64,000 bases of DNA from Limnochordia bacterium (GTDB lineage: Bacteria; Bacillota; Limnochordia; DTU080): assembly GCA_050951545.1 (NCBI GenBank), contig JBMNJG010000007.1, forward strand, positions 64,001 to 128,000. The letters run 5' to 3'. This document shows, piece by piece, positions 8,437-17,534 of this stretch (the first letter of the stretch is position 1; each line of letters begins with the position of its first letter). A program made the translations under genes and the position numbers. The notes beneath the pieces were generated by a model. That model searched no databases and was not told where the DNA came from. It saw nothing but the letters and a program-made list of their open reading frames with translations.

Positions 8437-11091
8437 ATGGTGAGGAGAGTGCTGAAGCGGCAGAGCCAAGCCAGGCAGATGTGGCAGGGCTTTTTGGTGT
8501 GGGCGGCTTTAGTGCTCCTAACACGCAGTATGGCCATGGCGGCGGGTGCCTCACCCCTAGCCGTTGACGGGCTGCTCGATCTCTCCGATTGGAGCTGGGA
8601 TAGCGACGGCATCGTCGCCCTCAACGGTGCCTGGGAGTTCTACTGGAGCCAGCTGCTTTGCCCCGAGGATTTCACCAGGGATCTCCAGGCGAGTGGGTTC
8701 GTGGACACCCCAGGTGCTTGGAACGGTCATCGGGTGAACGGTGAAAGGCTAGGGGGCATGGGCTACGCTACCTACCGGCTGCGGATCACGCTTCCACAGA
8801 GTATCCAGCCCCTGGCGTTGAGCCTGCCTGCTATATCCACCGCCTATCGTCTGTGGGTAGACGGTGAGGAGGTGGCCTCAAGGGGCACAGTAGGTACCAC
8901 CCGCAAGGAGAGCGTACCACAAGACGTGCCGTCTGTGGTCACTTTCACGCCCACGTCATCTGTGACGGAGCTGGTCCTTCAGATCTCCAATTTCAGCCAT
9001 CGCCGAGGTGGCATGAGACGAAGCGTGGTGCTCGGTACAAAGGCCCAGATGTTTCGGCACCGTGGCTTCGATTTCGCAGTACACGCGGCTTTGCTAGGGG
9101 CTGCTTTGGTCTTGGGTCTGTTGCACATAAGCACGTATTACCTGCGTCCTCAGACGCGGGCCTGGCTCTACTCAGGTCTTTTCTCCCTCTTGATGAGTAT
9201 CCGTGAGCTTTTTGTGGGCCCTGCTCTGTTTCTCCAGGCGTTCCCTGCTTTTGGCTGGGAACTGGCGCTGAAGGTGGAGTATCTCACAGTCTATCTTGGC
9301 ATGCCTGTGGCCGTGCTCTTCTTCTTTGCCATGTATCCCCAAGAGCTGTCTAGACGGGCCGTGCGCCTCTGCCTATACGTATGCGGCGCTTTTGCGGTCA
9401 CAGTCGTGGCCAGTCCTGGGCGCGTCTTCTCTCAGGCGCTCGGCGCCTTTCACGTGGTGCAGCTGAGCTTCATGCTCTATCTGCTGCATGTCTTGGTGTT
9501 GGCGACCTTCAGAAAGCGCGAAGGAGCCAGCCTTCTGCTTGCTGGTTACCTACTGGTTGCCCTTGCTGTCTCTAATGATCTTCTCTTCTACCGTGAGAAG
9601 GTGGCCAGTCTGGATCTCTCCGTGGTGGGACTTCTGGTTTTTCTCTTCTTTCAGTCCTACGCGATCTCTACGCGCTTTGCTCATGGCTTTTCAGAAACGG
9701 AGCAGTTTGCTCGCAAGCTACAGGTATCCGATCGGCTCAAGAGTGACTTCCTGACTCAGATGTCGACGGGGTTGGGCACGCCTCTCAGTGCGATTGCCGC
9801 GATGATAGAAGATATGCTTCACGAGGCTTCGGGGGCAGTGAACACTGGGCTTCAGGAGAATCTGGGGCTCATGCTGGCCTCTGCCAGAAGGCTGTCGCTT
9901 ATGGTGGACGACATGTCGGTGATTGCTTCACTACTCACAAACAGCTTGAGCTTGCACCCGGAGCCGTGTGATCTGAAGCACACAGTGGACACCGTCTTAG
10001 GCCATATGGCACCGTTGGTAGGTAACAGGGGTCTTCGGCTGCGCAACGCTGTCCCAGATGGGTTGTCTTCTGTCGTCGCAGATCCTGATCGCCTGCAACA
10101 GACTCTGTGTGATCTGGTGATGCAGGCCATACGACTCTCTGAAGCAGGGGAGATCTCAGTGTCGGCCCTCGATGATGCAGCCATGGTCAAGATAGCGGTA
10201 CATGCTTCGGACCCCGCTATCTCTTCCAAGCAGATGACCCAGATTCTCGGAGGTGGTACCGCTGACTACGAGGGGATGGGTATGGGTCTGCGTGTCGTTC
10301 GGAGGCTTGTGGATCTGCACGGCGGTCGTATCTGGGTTGACTCTGCGATAGGTAAGGGCCTGCGTGTGATCTTCACCTTGCAGAGAGTTGTACTGCGAGA
10401 CAGATGCGAGCTGGAACGGGCACAGCGCATGCTGATCTCTTCAGAAGAACATGTCAAGCGCGAGGTGGCGGAAGCGCTGCATGGGACGGTGCAGACTCGG
10501 CTCTTGGTTGCTTGGCATAGGTTGGGTCAGTGTGAGGAACTGATCTCAAGCGATCCAAAAAAGGCAGCAGCGCTGATTCGTAGTGTTCGAGATGAGATCG
10601 ACAGACTACGCGAAGAGGATATCCGCAGCATAAGCCGCCTGTTACACCCTTCGATCATCGATGTAGGACTCATCCCGGCCATAGAGTCGCTGACCAGTGT
10701 CTTCGCCGAAAGCATGCCGATCCATCTGGATGTGGACGAAGCCGTAGCCCAACTGGATGACCCGGTGGACAATCGCATTTCGTCGGCAGTACGGCTCACC
10801 GCTTATCGCGTACTGGAGGATGTGTTGAGTAACGCACAGCTTCACGCCAAAGCTACGGAGGTAAAGGTTGTACTCCGCTTGGAGGCGGGGGATCTGGTGC
10901 TTGTCGTACGAGACAACGGTGTTGGGTTTGACATGGCTAGCACAGGGCCAGGTCTAGGGTTTCAGGTCATCTCGGCGCGAGTCAGCCTGCGCGGAGGCAG
11001 CTGGAGCGTGAAAAGTGAGCTTGGCGAAGGGACTTGTGTGTGCATGCGTTTGCCTTTGGTGAGCGCGCCTAGCGAAGACCAAGCGCTGTAA
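8437..11091 (+). CDS. 7TM-DISM sensor histidine kinase with a degenerate HisKA/HATPase module followed by an intact HisKA_3/HATPase module
   Basis: GLLDLSDW..LNGAWEFYWSQLL..GYATYRL extracellular domain; about 7 TM helices; SDFLTQMSTGLGTPL (no His); AEALHGTVQ, LSNAQLHA, DNGVGF, GLGF. Confidence 0.88.
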   Translation: MVRRVLKRQSQARQMWQGFLVWAALVLLTRSMAMAAGASPLAVDGLLDLSDWSWDSDGIVALNGAWEFYWSQLLCPEDFTRDLQASGFVDTPGAWNGHRVNGERLGGMGYATYRLRITLPQSIQPLALSLPAISTAYRLWVDGEEVASRGTVGTTRKESVPQDVPSVVTFTPTSSVTELVLQISNFSHRRGGMRRSVVLGTKAQMFRHRGFDFAVHAALLGAALVLGLLHISTYYLRPQTRAWLYSGLFSLLMSIRELFVGPALFLQAFPAFGWELALKVEYLTVYLGMPVAVLFFFAMYPQELSRRAVRLCLYVCGAFAVTVVASPGRVFSQALGAFHVVQLSFMLYLLHVLVLATFRKREGASLLLAGYLLVALAVSNDLLFYREKVASLDLSVVGLLVFLFFQSYAISTRFAHGFSETEQFARKLQVSDRLKSDFLTQMSTGLGTPLSAIAAMIEDMLHEASGAVNTGLQENLGLMLASARRLSLMVDDMSVIASLLTNSLSLHPEPCDLKHTVDTVLGHMAPLVGNRGLRLRNAVPDGLSSVVADPDRLQQTLCDLVMQAIRLSEAGEISVSALDDAAMVKIAVHASDPAISSKQMTQILGGGTADYEGMGMGLRVVRRLVDLHGGRIWVDSAIGKGLRVIFTLQRVVLRDRCELERAQRMLISSEEHVKREVAEALHGTVQTRLLVAWHRLGQCEELISSDPKKAAALIRSVRDEIDRLREEDIRSISRLLHPSIIDVGLIPAIESLTSVFAESMPIHLDVDEAVAQLDDPVDNRISSAVRLTAYRVLEDVLSNAQLHAKATEVKVVLRLEAGDLVLVVRDNGVGFDMASTGPGLGFQVISARVSLRGGSWSVKSELGEGTCVCMRLPLVSAPSEDQAL

Positions 11092-11869
11092 GGAGTCTGG
11101 CAACGCCTGTCTTCTCGTCATTCGGTAGCCAAGTGACGTAGCGAACCTCGGTATGCTGGAACACAGTATTGACGGAGGTCCACTCATCAAAGCACGTCAT
11201 GATGCGTCGCGTGACGATTTTGGCTTGGTGAAGCGTGGCCCCAATCAGGATGATAAGAAAGTCGCCCGATTGGCTGGCCCCCAGCAAGTCGGTCATGCGA
11301 CACAAGGCTCGCAGCTTGCGCGCGATGGAGTTCCAGAGCTCAGCGTCGACATGGCACAGGGGTTGGCCGTTGCTGTGAGTCATGCGTAGCAGGGCCACGC
11401 TCAGTGGGAGGCGTTTCTGCCGACAGGTGGTCACTGCCTGTTCGAGCAGCACTTCGGTAGCCCTTGGGTCCGGAAAATCGTCGCTGGGCCGAGATTCCCT
11501 GTCAGTTGGGCGGGCCGAAGTTGGTGCTGAAGCTTTGGACTCGGGAACAAGACAGGCCACGACGGTAGTTCCACCTTCTAAGGGGAACGAGCGCCATAGG
11601 ATGCGTATGTCTCCCTCCGTGCTACGATATGTCTGGTGGCCTCGATCGCCGCCTTCCCGCGAGGCCGAAGCTAGCAATGCTGAGCTCAGGCTTCCAGCGG
11701 GAAGTGCAGCGGGGTAGATGCTGGGCTTGGCAGCGCCAGCCGTTTGCCAAAAGGAGGGCGTAGCCGCGATGACCTGACCCGTGGTTCTGAAGACGACCGT
11801 GGCCATTGGCAGAGCGTCGAGCAGTACCTGCGCGGAAACCTCAGGATTCACCCCAGCGCCCCCCTTCAT
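11069..11869 (-). CDS. PAS-like plus degenerate GGDEF-fold protein
   Basis: LLDALPMATVVF..GQVI PAS-like start; PLSVALLRM..LRALCRMTDLLGASQSGDFLIIL, with GGDEF replaced by QSGDF. Confidence 0.65.
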   Translation of the reverse strand: MKGGAGVNPEVSAQVLLDALPMATVVFRTTGQVIAATPSFWQTAGAAKPSIYPAALPAGSLSSALLASASREGGDRGHQTYRSTEGDIRILWRSFPLEGGTTVVACLVPESKASAPTSARPTDRESRPSDDFPDPRATEVLLEQAVTTCRQKRLPLSVALLRMTHSNGQPLCHVDAELWNSIARKLRALCRMTDLLGASQSGDFLIILIGATLHQAKIVTRRIMTCFDEWTSVNTVFQHTEVRYVTWLPNDEKTGVARLLTALGLR

Positions 11870-11935
11870 ATCAGCTGATCTCAGTCATAGTTTGGCCTCA
11901 GAAGACTCGAATCCTGCCTAAGGGGTCGTGTCGGG

Positions 11936-13366
11936 TTAGGTGCCCAGACCCATGATCAGCCGAGCCATCTCGAAGTAGATCAGCAGTCCGACGCCGTCAG
12001 CGATGGTGGTGATGAGGGGTGCGGAGAAAACTGCAGGGTCCGCACCGAATTTCTGACCGATAATCGGCAGGGTAGCGCCTATCGTCGAGCTAATAAGCAC
12101 GATGGCTGCCAGGCTGACTGCCACAGTCAGTCCCAAAGCTGGTGCATTGCCGAGCAAGAGAGCCCTTCCAAAGGCTAAGGCACCCATGGTAACGCCTAAC
12201 AGCAGTCCTAAGCGCGCTTCGCGCCAGATCACTTTCATAAAGTGTTGAGGGGTCACCTCACCCAGGGCCATCGCTCTGATGACCAAGGTGGAGGCCTGCG
12301 AACCGGAGTTTCCTCCGGCGTCAATCAAAAGAGGTATGAAGAAGGCTAAAGCGATGACCTCGCTGAGAAAGTCCTCGAAGTGGCTCATGATAGAACCTGT
12401 CAAGTAGCCAGCAAAGAGCAGCACGACGAGCCAGACGATTCGCTTGCGGAATAGCTCTTGTAGCGGCACCTTGAGGTACGGGCTATCAATCGGAGAGGTA
12501 CCGCCCAGGCGCTGAATATCTTCCGTGGCCTCTTCTTCCACAACGTCCAGAATGTCATCTGCGGTGATGATGCCGACCATTCGTCCCACTTCATCGGCGA
12601 CTGGCAAAGCGGCGAAGTCGTACTGGCTAAGCAGCCGGGCCGCTTCCTCTTGGTCCGCGTGGACAGGGATGGAGATAGTCTTGGTGAACATGATCTCCGA
12701 TACGGGGGTGGCAGGGTGGGCCAGGATAACCTCACGCATAGAGACTACCCCTACCAGCCGGCCATCTCGATCGACCACATAGACGTAGCTAGCCTCTTCT
12801 ACTTCGTGGCCAACTTTGCGGAAGTGAGCGATCACCTGTTCGGCGGTCCAGTTTGCACGGGCAGCCAGATAGCTGACGGTCATCAGGCCGCCGGCCGATT
12901 CATCGGAGTAGGCCATCATCTGGCGGATATGACCTAGGTCTTCCGGTGGCAGTCGCCTAAGGATCTCCCTGGCTTGCAGGGGGTGGATGGCGCCAAGCAA
13001 GTCAACGAGCGAGTCACTGGGCATCTCAGCCACAATGGCACGGGTCACTGACTCCTCGAGGTGGTCCAGTAGTTGGTACTGGTGATCGTGATCGAGGTGG
13101 CCGAAAACCTCGGCAGCTGAGTCTGCGGGAAGAACGGTGAGTAGTGCCAGCTGCTTGGGCTTATCCAGTGCGAGGAGCACGGAGGCCAGATCAAATGGCT
13201 GCAGCTCATTGAGGTACTCCGTTAGGGCGGCTCTTGGCGACAGGGGTTGCTGATCTGCATCGGTTTTGCCGTCGACTGGTGGACGCTGTTCCTCCTCGGA
13301 CAAGGCGTCCAAAAAACGGTCAATAGTGGCAACGAGCACATCGAGATCAAGGGTCTGTTCGAGCAT
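11936..13366 (-). CDS. mgtE: Magnesium transporter MgtE
   Basis: MgtE N domain, two CBS domains (SAGGLMT, YVYVVD..LVGVVS), DAGGNSGSQ and PLITTIADGVG motifs. Confidence 0.97.
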   Translation of the reverse strand: MLEQTLDLDVLVATIDRFLDALSEEEQRPPVDGKTDADQQPLSPRAALTEYLNELQPFDLASVLLALDKPKQLALLTVLPADSAAEVFGHLDHDHQYQLLDHLEESVTRAIVAEMPSDSLVDLLGAIHPLQAREILRRLPPEDLGHIRQMMAYSDESAGGLMTVSYLAARANWTAEQVIAHFRKVGHEVEEASYVYVVDRDGRLVGVVSMREVILAHPATPVSEIMFTKTISIPVHADQEEAARLLSQYDFAALPVADEVGRMVGIITADDILDVVEEEATEDIQRLGGTSPIDSPYLKVPLQELFRKRIVWLVVLLFAGYLTGSIMSHFEDFLSEVIALAFFIPLLIDAGGNSGSQASTLVIRAMALGEVTPQHFMKVIWREARLGLLLGVTMGALAFGRALLLGNAPALGLTVAVSLAAIVLISSTIGATLPIIGQKFGADPAVFSAPLITTIADGVGLLIYFEMARLIMGLGT

Positions 13367-13589
13367 AGGCCTCTCCTCCGTTCGTTGATGAGGTCGAGGC
13401 CACTGCCCGTGGGCCTATGGCATACACCATAGGCGACTCAAAGAGGTGGCTGGGCCGACCCCATCATGGAATATTGTGTGATACTGAGGTGTTCGCAACT
13501 ACTAGGGCCAGCCTCCAAAGCTCAATCACCCCTTTTGGCCCGAGAGTATCAGCCTTCCCCAGTATAATACATTCGTGCAGTCTTGGCAC
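13367..13589 (-). promoter_or_regulatory. mgtE promoter and ~190-nt structured leader with a putative 26-aa uORF (13518-13438)
   Basis: GTGCCA-17-TATACT on the minus strand; AAGGGGTGA RBS then TTG..CCA CCT CTT TGA; hairpin GCCTATGG/CCATAGGC. Confidence 0.5.
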
Positions 13590-13742
13590 GGGTTGACGGG
13601 GTTTCTAGCGTCTTTGTGCCATGCAGGCACCTGCAGGATTCGGCCGGAATTTGCCAAAACAAGGTGTTGGCGGGCTCCATATGAAGGACATACACGACAG
13701 ATCGAGGAACAGTCGTTCAGCGAAGACTGTGAGGTGTAGATA

Positions 13743-14936
13743 ATGAAGCACGTGAAGCAACAGCTTCTGCCTTTCGAAAGGCTCACGCGTGAGCCTGAGC
13801 AATCCTTTTTCGGTTACTATGATCTGCAGCCATGGAGCGGCGATGGTCGCTTTCATCTGTGTCAGCGCGTTGACTTCCGAGATCGCATGCCGACCGGGGC
13901 AGATCCTGCGGAATTGGGCATGATTCAGATGGCAGGTGACCAGCGTTTCATACCCCTGGCACGCTCGTACGCCTGGAACTTTCAGCAGGGGGCCATGCTG
14001 CAATGGCATCCCCTGCACAGTAGCGATGAGGTGATCTTCAACACGCGCATCGGTGGTGAGTTCAAGGCGGTTATCCGCAATGTCTGGTCGGGCGAGGAAC
14101 GGCTGCTGTCGCGAGCCGTGGCCAGTGTCGATCCGCAGGGGCGCTGGGCACTGAGCGTGAACTTCAGCCGCATGTACGATTTTCGTCCGGGCTATGGCTA
14201 TGCGGGCATCACTGACCCCTTCTTCGACGAAAAGCAGCCTGAAGATGACGGGGTCTTCCTGATTGACCTCGAAGACGGCAGCAGCCGCCTGATCATTTCG
14301 TATCGCGACATCGCTCGCTTCTTTAGCGGGCACGGCTGGCTAGCAGATGCTAAGTTATTGGTGAACCACATCACCTTTAACAACGATGGCTCGCGTTTCG
14401 TCTTTCTGGTGAGGAACTTCCCACAACGGGGGCGGCGATCGTGGCAGACGGCGGTGTTGACAGCGGCCACTGATGGTAGTGATCTGCGCTGTCTCATCGA
14501 CTTCGGTCTGGCATCACACTATTGGTGGCGTGATCCGCAGCATCTCGTGATCTTCGCAGGGGTGGGCGAGCCCGCGATCAACGGTCTTTATGTGATCGAT
14601 GATGCTAGCGGCAATGCAGAGCTTATCGACGCAGGCTTCTTCCGACAAGATGGACACTGTAGCCATTCGCCCGACGGCACGCGCATTCTCTATGACAGCT
14701 ATCCCGATGGCGACGGATACCGGCGCCTTTACGCGTACGATCTGCGGAAAAAGAAGGGCGTCACCTTGGCCACGGTGCGCTCAGAACGCATCGGGCGCCT
14801 TTTTAGTGTCGACCTGCGGTGCGATTTGCACCCTCGTTGGAACCGCGACGGTAGTGCGATCTCGTTTGACTCCGTCCATGAGGGACATCGGCATGTCTAC
14901 TGGATGGATCTGACCAGTCTAGACGAGTTGGTATAG
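13743..14936 (+). CDS. Beta-propeller protein (TolB/oligogalacturonate lyase-like)
   Basis: FFGYYDLQPWS, AWNFQQGAMLQW, RPGYGY, DGHCSHSPDG, RCDLHPRW..ISFDS motifs. Confidence 0.75.
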   Translation: MKHVKQQLLPFERLTREPEQSFFGYYDLQPWSGDGRFHLCQRVDFRDRMPTGADPAELGMIQMAGDQRFIPLARSYAWNFQQGAMLQWHPLHSSDEVIFNTRIGGEFKAVIRNVWSGEERLLSRAVASVDPQGRWALSVNFSRMYDFRPGYGYAGITDPFFDEKQPEDDGVFLIDLEDGSSRLIISYRDIARFFSGHGWLADAKLLVNHITFNNDGSRFVFLVRNFPQRGRRSWQTAVLTAATDGSDLRCLIDFGLASHYWWRDPQHLVIFAGVGEPAINGLYVIDDASGNAELIDAGFFRQDGHCSHSPDGTRILYDSYPDGDGYRRLYAYDLRKKKGVTLATVRSERIGRLFSVDLRCDLHPRWNRDGSAISFDSVHEGHRHVYWMDLTSLDELV

Positions 14937-14992
14937 CACTTCAGGTTATACAGGTACGCGTGTCGGCCGCCAACTGCAAGTCGAGGTGACAG

Positions 14993-15027
14993 GTCCCGAC
15001 ACGCCCGCACAGCGTAACACGATTTTC
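14993..15027 (+). repeat. Leader motif copy A (shared with the folD leader)
   Basis: CCCGCACAGCGTAACACGATT (15004-15024) is the exact reverse complement of 53711-53731, with further flanking similarity. Confidence 0.85.
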
Positions 15028-15047
15028 GGAGAAGAAGGGTGATTAAC

Positions 15048-15668
15048 ATGGCTCACAACGCATTGACTGAGGCTGAGCGGCAGGCGAATTGGAAACTGCT
15101 CTTTGACGGCAAGACTCTGCAGGGCTGGAAGAACACTGGCCGTCCCGAGGGGTGGAAAGTCTCCGACGAGGCTATCATGTGCACTGTCCAGCGTGGTGGC
15201 TACATCTATACGGAGGAGCAGTTTGAGGATTTTGATCTGTCTTTGGAGTTCAAGATCGCTCCCAAGACGAACAGTGGCATCTTTTTGCGCTGGTCCGATC
15301 TGAGCGATCCCGTGAACACTGGACTGGAAATACAGGTTCTAGATAGCTTTGGCGTAGAGACCCTGACCACACACAGCTGCGGGGCCATCTACGACCTTGT
15401 GGTACCCAGTGAACACGCCTTCAAACCAGCGGGTGAGTGGAATCAGGTGCTTATCACATGTGACGGTCCGTTGGTCTCTGTGACACTTAATGGCAAGAAA
15501 ATCGCCGAAATGGACATGGACAAATGGACGCAAGCGGGCCTTAACCCAGATGGTAGCAAGAATAAGTTCACCTATGCGTGGGCGGACATGCCCAGACTGG
15601 GACATATCGGGTTGCAGGATCACGGTGGTATGATCTGGTACCGCAACCTCAAACTAAGACCTCTGTAA
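15048..15668 (+). CDS. DUF1080 / 3-keto-disaccharide hydrolase family protein
   Basis: WKLLFDGKTLQGW, NSGIF, EIQVLD, GEWN, GHIGLQDHG..WYRNLK. Confidence 0.92.
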   Translation: MAHNALTEAERQANWKLLFDGKTLQGWKNTGRPEGWKVSDEAIMCTVQRGGYIYTEEQFEDFDLSLEFKIAPKTNSGIFLRWSDLSDPVNTGLEIQVLDSFGVETLTTHSCGAIYDLVVPSEHAFKPAGEWNQVLITCDGPLVSVTLNGKKIAEMDMDKWTQAGLNPDGSKNKFTYAWADMPRLGHIGLQDHGGMIWYRNLKLRPL

Positions 15669-15731
15669 GCACAGGCCTGTGGATGACTAGAACGAGGGCG
15701 CTGCGCCAACCGCGTGCAGCGCTCCTGATTG

Positions 15732-16202
15732 TCAGGTGTCTTGGCGGGGTTCGCCTGCAATGCGTTCCTCGGTGTCGATTACCAAGTTGCCGCGGTGCAT
15801 GAAGCTGTGGTAGCTATCGAGTCCAGCGGTTGACGGGCCGCTTAGCCAGCGACCATGGATGTCGTAGCGGGCGTCGCTGCAGTAACTAGCGAAAACCTGT
15901 TCGTTTCGCAGCCAGCGCACCCGGCAGTTGTCGGAAGGATCAGTGCCGATGAGGACATGGTAGTTGCCCGCATCGTTGATGATGAAAAGCAGACTGCCCT
16001 TCTTGAGGGTTGTGTTCAGCGGGTAAATACCGCCTGGTGGGTACTGATCTGGTGATAGATAGATATAGCGGGTCTGCCCGGGCAGCAAGCGACCACCGAG
16101 AAAGTAGGCCAACACGAGGGCGATCAGAAGCATGCCGAGCTTAAGGGGCCGGCTAAGGTAGCCTCGCTGTCTATTATCAGGTGCAGATGGACGCTTTTTC
16201 AT
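15732..16202 (-). CDS. Membrane-anchored Rieske-fold protein lacking 2Fe-2S ligands
   Basis: Single TM helix; DPSDNCRVRW..FASYCSDARYDIHG..GPS..L aligns with CxHxGC..CPCHGSxY..G..GP. Confidence 0.6.
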   Translation of the reverse strand: MKKRPSAPDNRQRGYLSRPLKLGMLLIALVLAYFLGGRLLPGQTRYIYLSPDQYPPGGIYPLNTTLKKGSLLFIINDAGNYHVLIGTDPSDNCRVRWLRNEQVFASYCSDARYDIHGRWLSGPSTAGLDSYHSFMHRGNLVIDTEERIAGEPRQDT

Positions 16203-16560
16203 GGCCTCTAGAGTGTATCATGATAGGCACAGGGCAGCAATCCATGTTGTCCTGGGCTCCTAATTAGTGCATAATGATATAGGAAACGACGAATGCCGTA
16301 GGTTTGCCGACGATATGGCGTTTGACCCCAGGGCCCTGGTCATTTGCCTCTATGAACCTTGTGCGACGAAGACTACGATAGTACGTGGGATAAACTGAGG
16401 CTCTGGGTCCCGCGTGTATCGCGTGGGGCAAATAGAGTTGCGATGCATGCAACAGGATGTGGCTTGACGGCACGCCCAGGTGTTTTGGCGCGTCGATGAT
16501 TCAAAACTAGATGCTGTGAGTCAAGGGAAATCGGCGATTATTTGCAGGAGGTGACGTCCC

Positions 16561-17199
16561 GTGAGTGTTGATTCCGAGACCGCTGTGCACGCACAAACGG
16601 AGAGAAACGACGAAGTCAGCGATGTAATCGAGATTCGCTGGCATGGGCGCGCGGGCCAGGGCGCCAAAACGGGTGCGCTACTGGTGGGCGAGGCAGCTTC
16701 GGGAGCAGGCAGGTACATTCAAGCCTTTCCGGAGTATGGTCCGGAGCGCATGGGGGCCCCTGTGGTGGCCTATAACCGCATTAGCAAGGATCCCATTACG
16801 CTGCACTGCGGTGTCGAGCATCCGCGTTACGTGGCCATACTGGATACCACTCTGGCTGGACAGGTCGATATGGCTGCGGGCATTCCCGATGGCGGTGCGT
16901 TGATTGTGAATGCCTCGTGGAGTCCAGCAGAGGCTCGCGAGAAGCTTGGTGTAACCAACCGTGCAGTTCGTATCTTTACGGTTGATGCCACCAGCATTTC
17001 GCAAGAGACTATCGGTCGACCTATTCCCAACACACCGATGTTGGGTGCGCTCAATCGCGTGGCAGGTCTGCTAGAGATCGACAGTCTCCTGGAAAGCGTG
17101 CGGCATAAGCTCCAGCAGAAGTTCCGCAACAGACCTGAGATTGTTGACGGCAACGTCGAGGCTGTAAAGCGGGCCTACCAGGAGGTGCAGGGGGAATGA
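16561..17199 (+). CDS. porC: Pyruvate/2-oxoacid:ferredoxin oxidoreductase gamma subunit
   Basis: EIRWHGRAGQGAKT, FPEYGPERMGAPV, PNTPMLGA. Confidence 0.93.
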   Translation: MSVDSETAVHAQTERNDEVSDVIEIRWHGRAGQGAKTGALLVGEAASGAGRYIQAFPEYGPERMGAPVVAYNRISKDPITLHCGVEHPRYVAILDTTLAGQVDMAAGIPDGGALIVNASWSPAEAREKLGVTNRAVRIFTVDATSISQETIGRPIPNTPMLGALNRVAGLLEIDSLLESVRHKLQQKFRNRPEIVDGNVEAVKRAYQEVQGE

Positions 17200-17519
17200 G
17201 TGAAGCGGCCAAGACAAAGGCCAACCCCATCCGTCCGGGTGCCGGATGGAAGGAGTTGCCGTGGGGTGGCATCATTCCAGCAGGAGGCACGTCACGAGAG
17301 TTCAAGACCGGCGGCTGGCGCTCCAATCGCCCTATTTGGGACTCTGAGAAGTGTATTTCGTGCATGACCTGCTGGCTGTATTGCCCTGATATGGCTATTC
17401 AAGTGGAAAACGGCAAGATGATTGGTATCAACTTCGACCACTGTAAAGGGTGCGGCATCTGTGCTGCGGTCTGCCCTCCCCGCGTCAACGCTATTACCAT
17501 GGAACCCGAAGGTGCTTAG
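17196..17519 (+). CDS. porD: Pyruvate/2-oxoacid:ferredoxin oxidoreductase delta subunit (2x[4Fe-4S])
   Basis: KTGGWR..P, CISCMTCWLYCP, CKGCGICAAVCP. Confidence 0.93.
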   Translation: MSEAAKTKANPIRPGAGWKELPWGGIIPAGGTSREFKTGGWRSNRPIWDSEKCISCMTCWLYCPDMAIQVENGKMIGINFDHCKGCGICAAVCPPRVNAITMEPEGA

Positions 17520-17534
17520 AAAGGAGGTTGCCTG

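Noticed and set aside
8271-8624. N-terminal 118-aa extension of the response regulator
   Set aside because: It overlaps the divergent kinase gene, and a good RBS supports ATG 8270.
13367-13560. M-box (ykoK) riboswitch
   Set aside because: The AGGTGAGGCT-type 5' consensus is not visible. An Infernal scan would settle it.
16260-16500. 6S RNA
   Set aside because: Only short words (TTTGACC, TGAACC) resemble it, and I could not trace a full-length rod structure.
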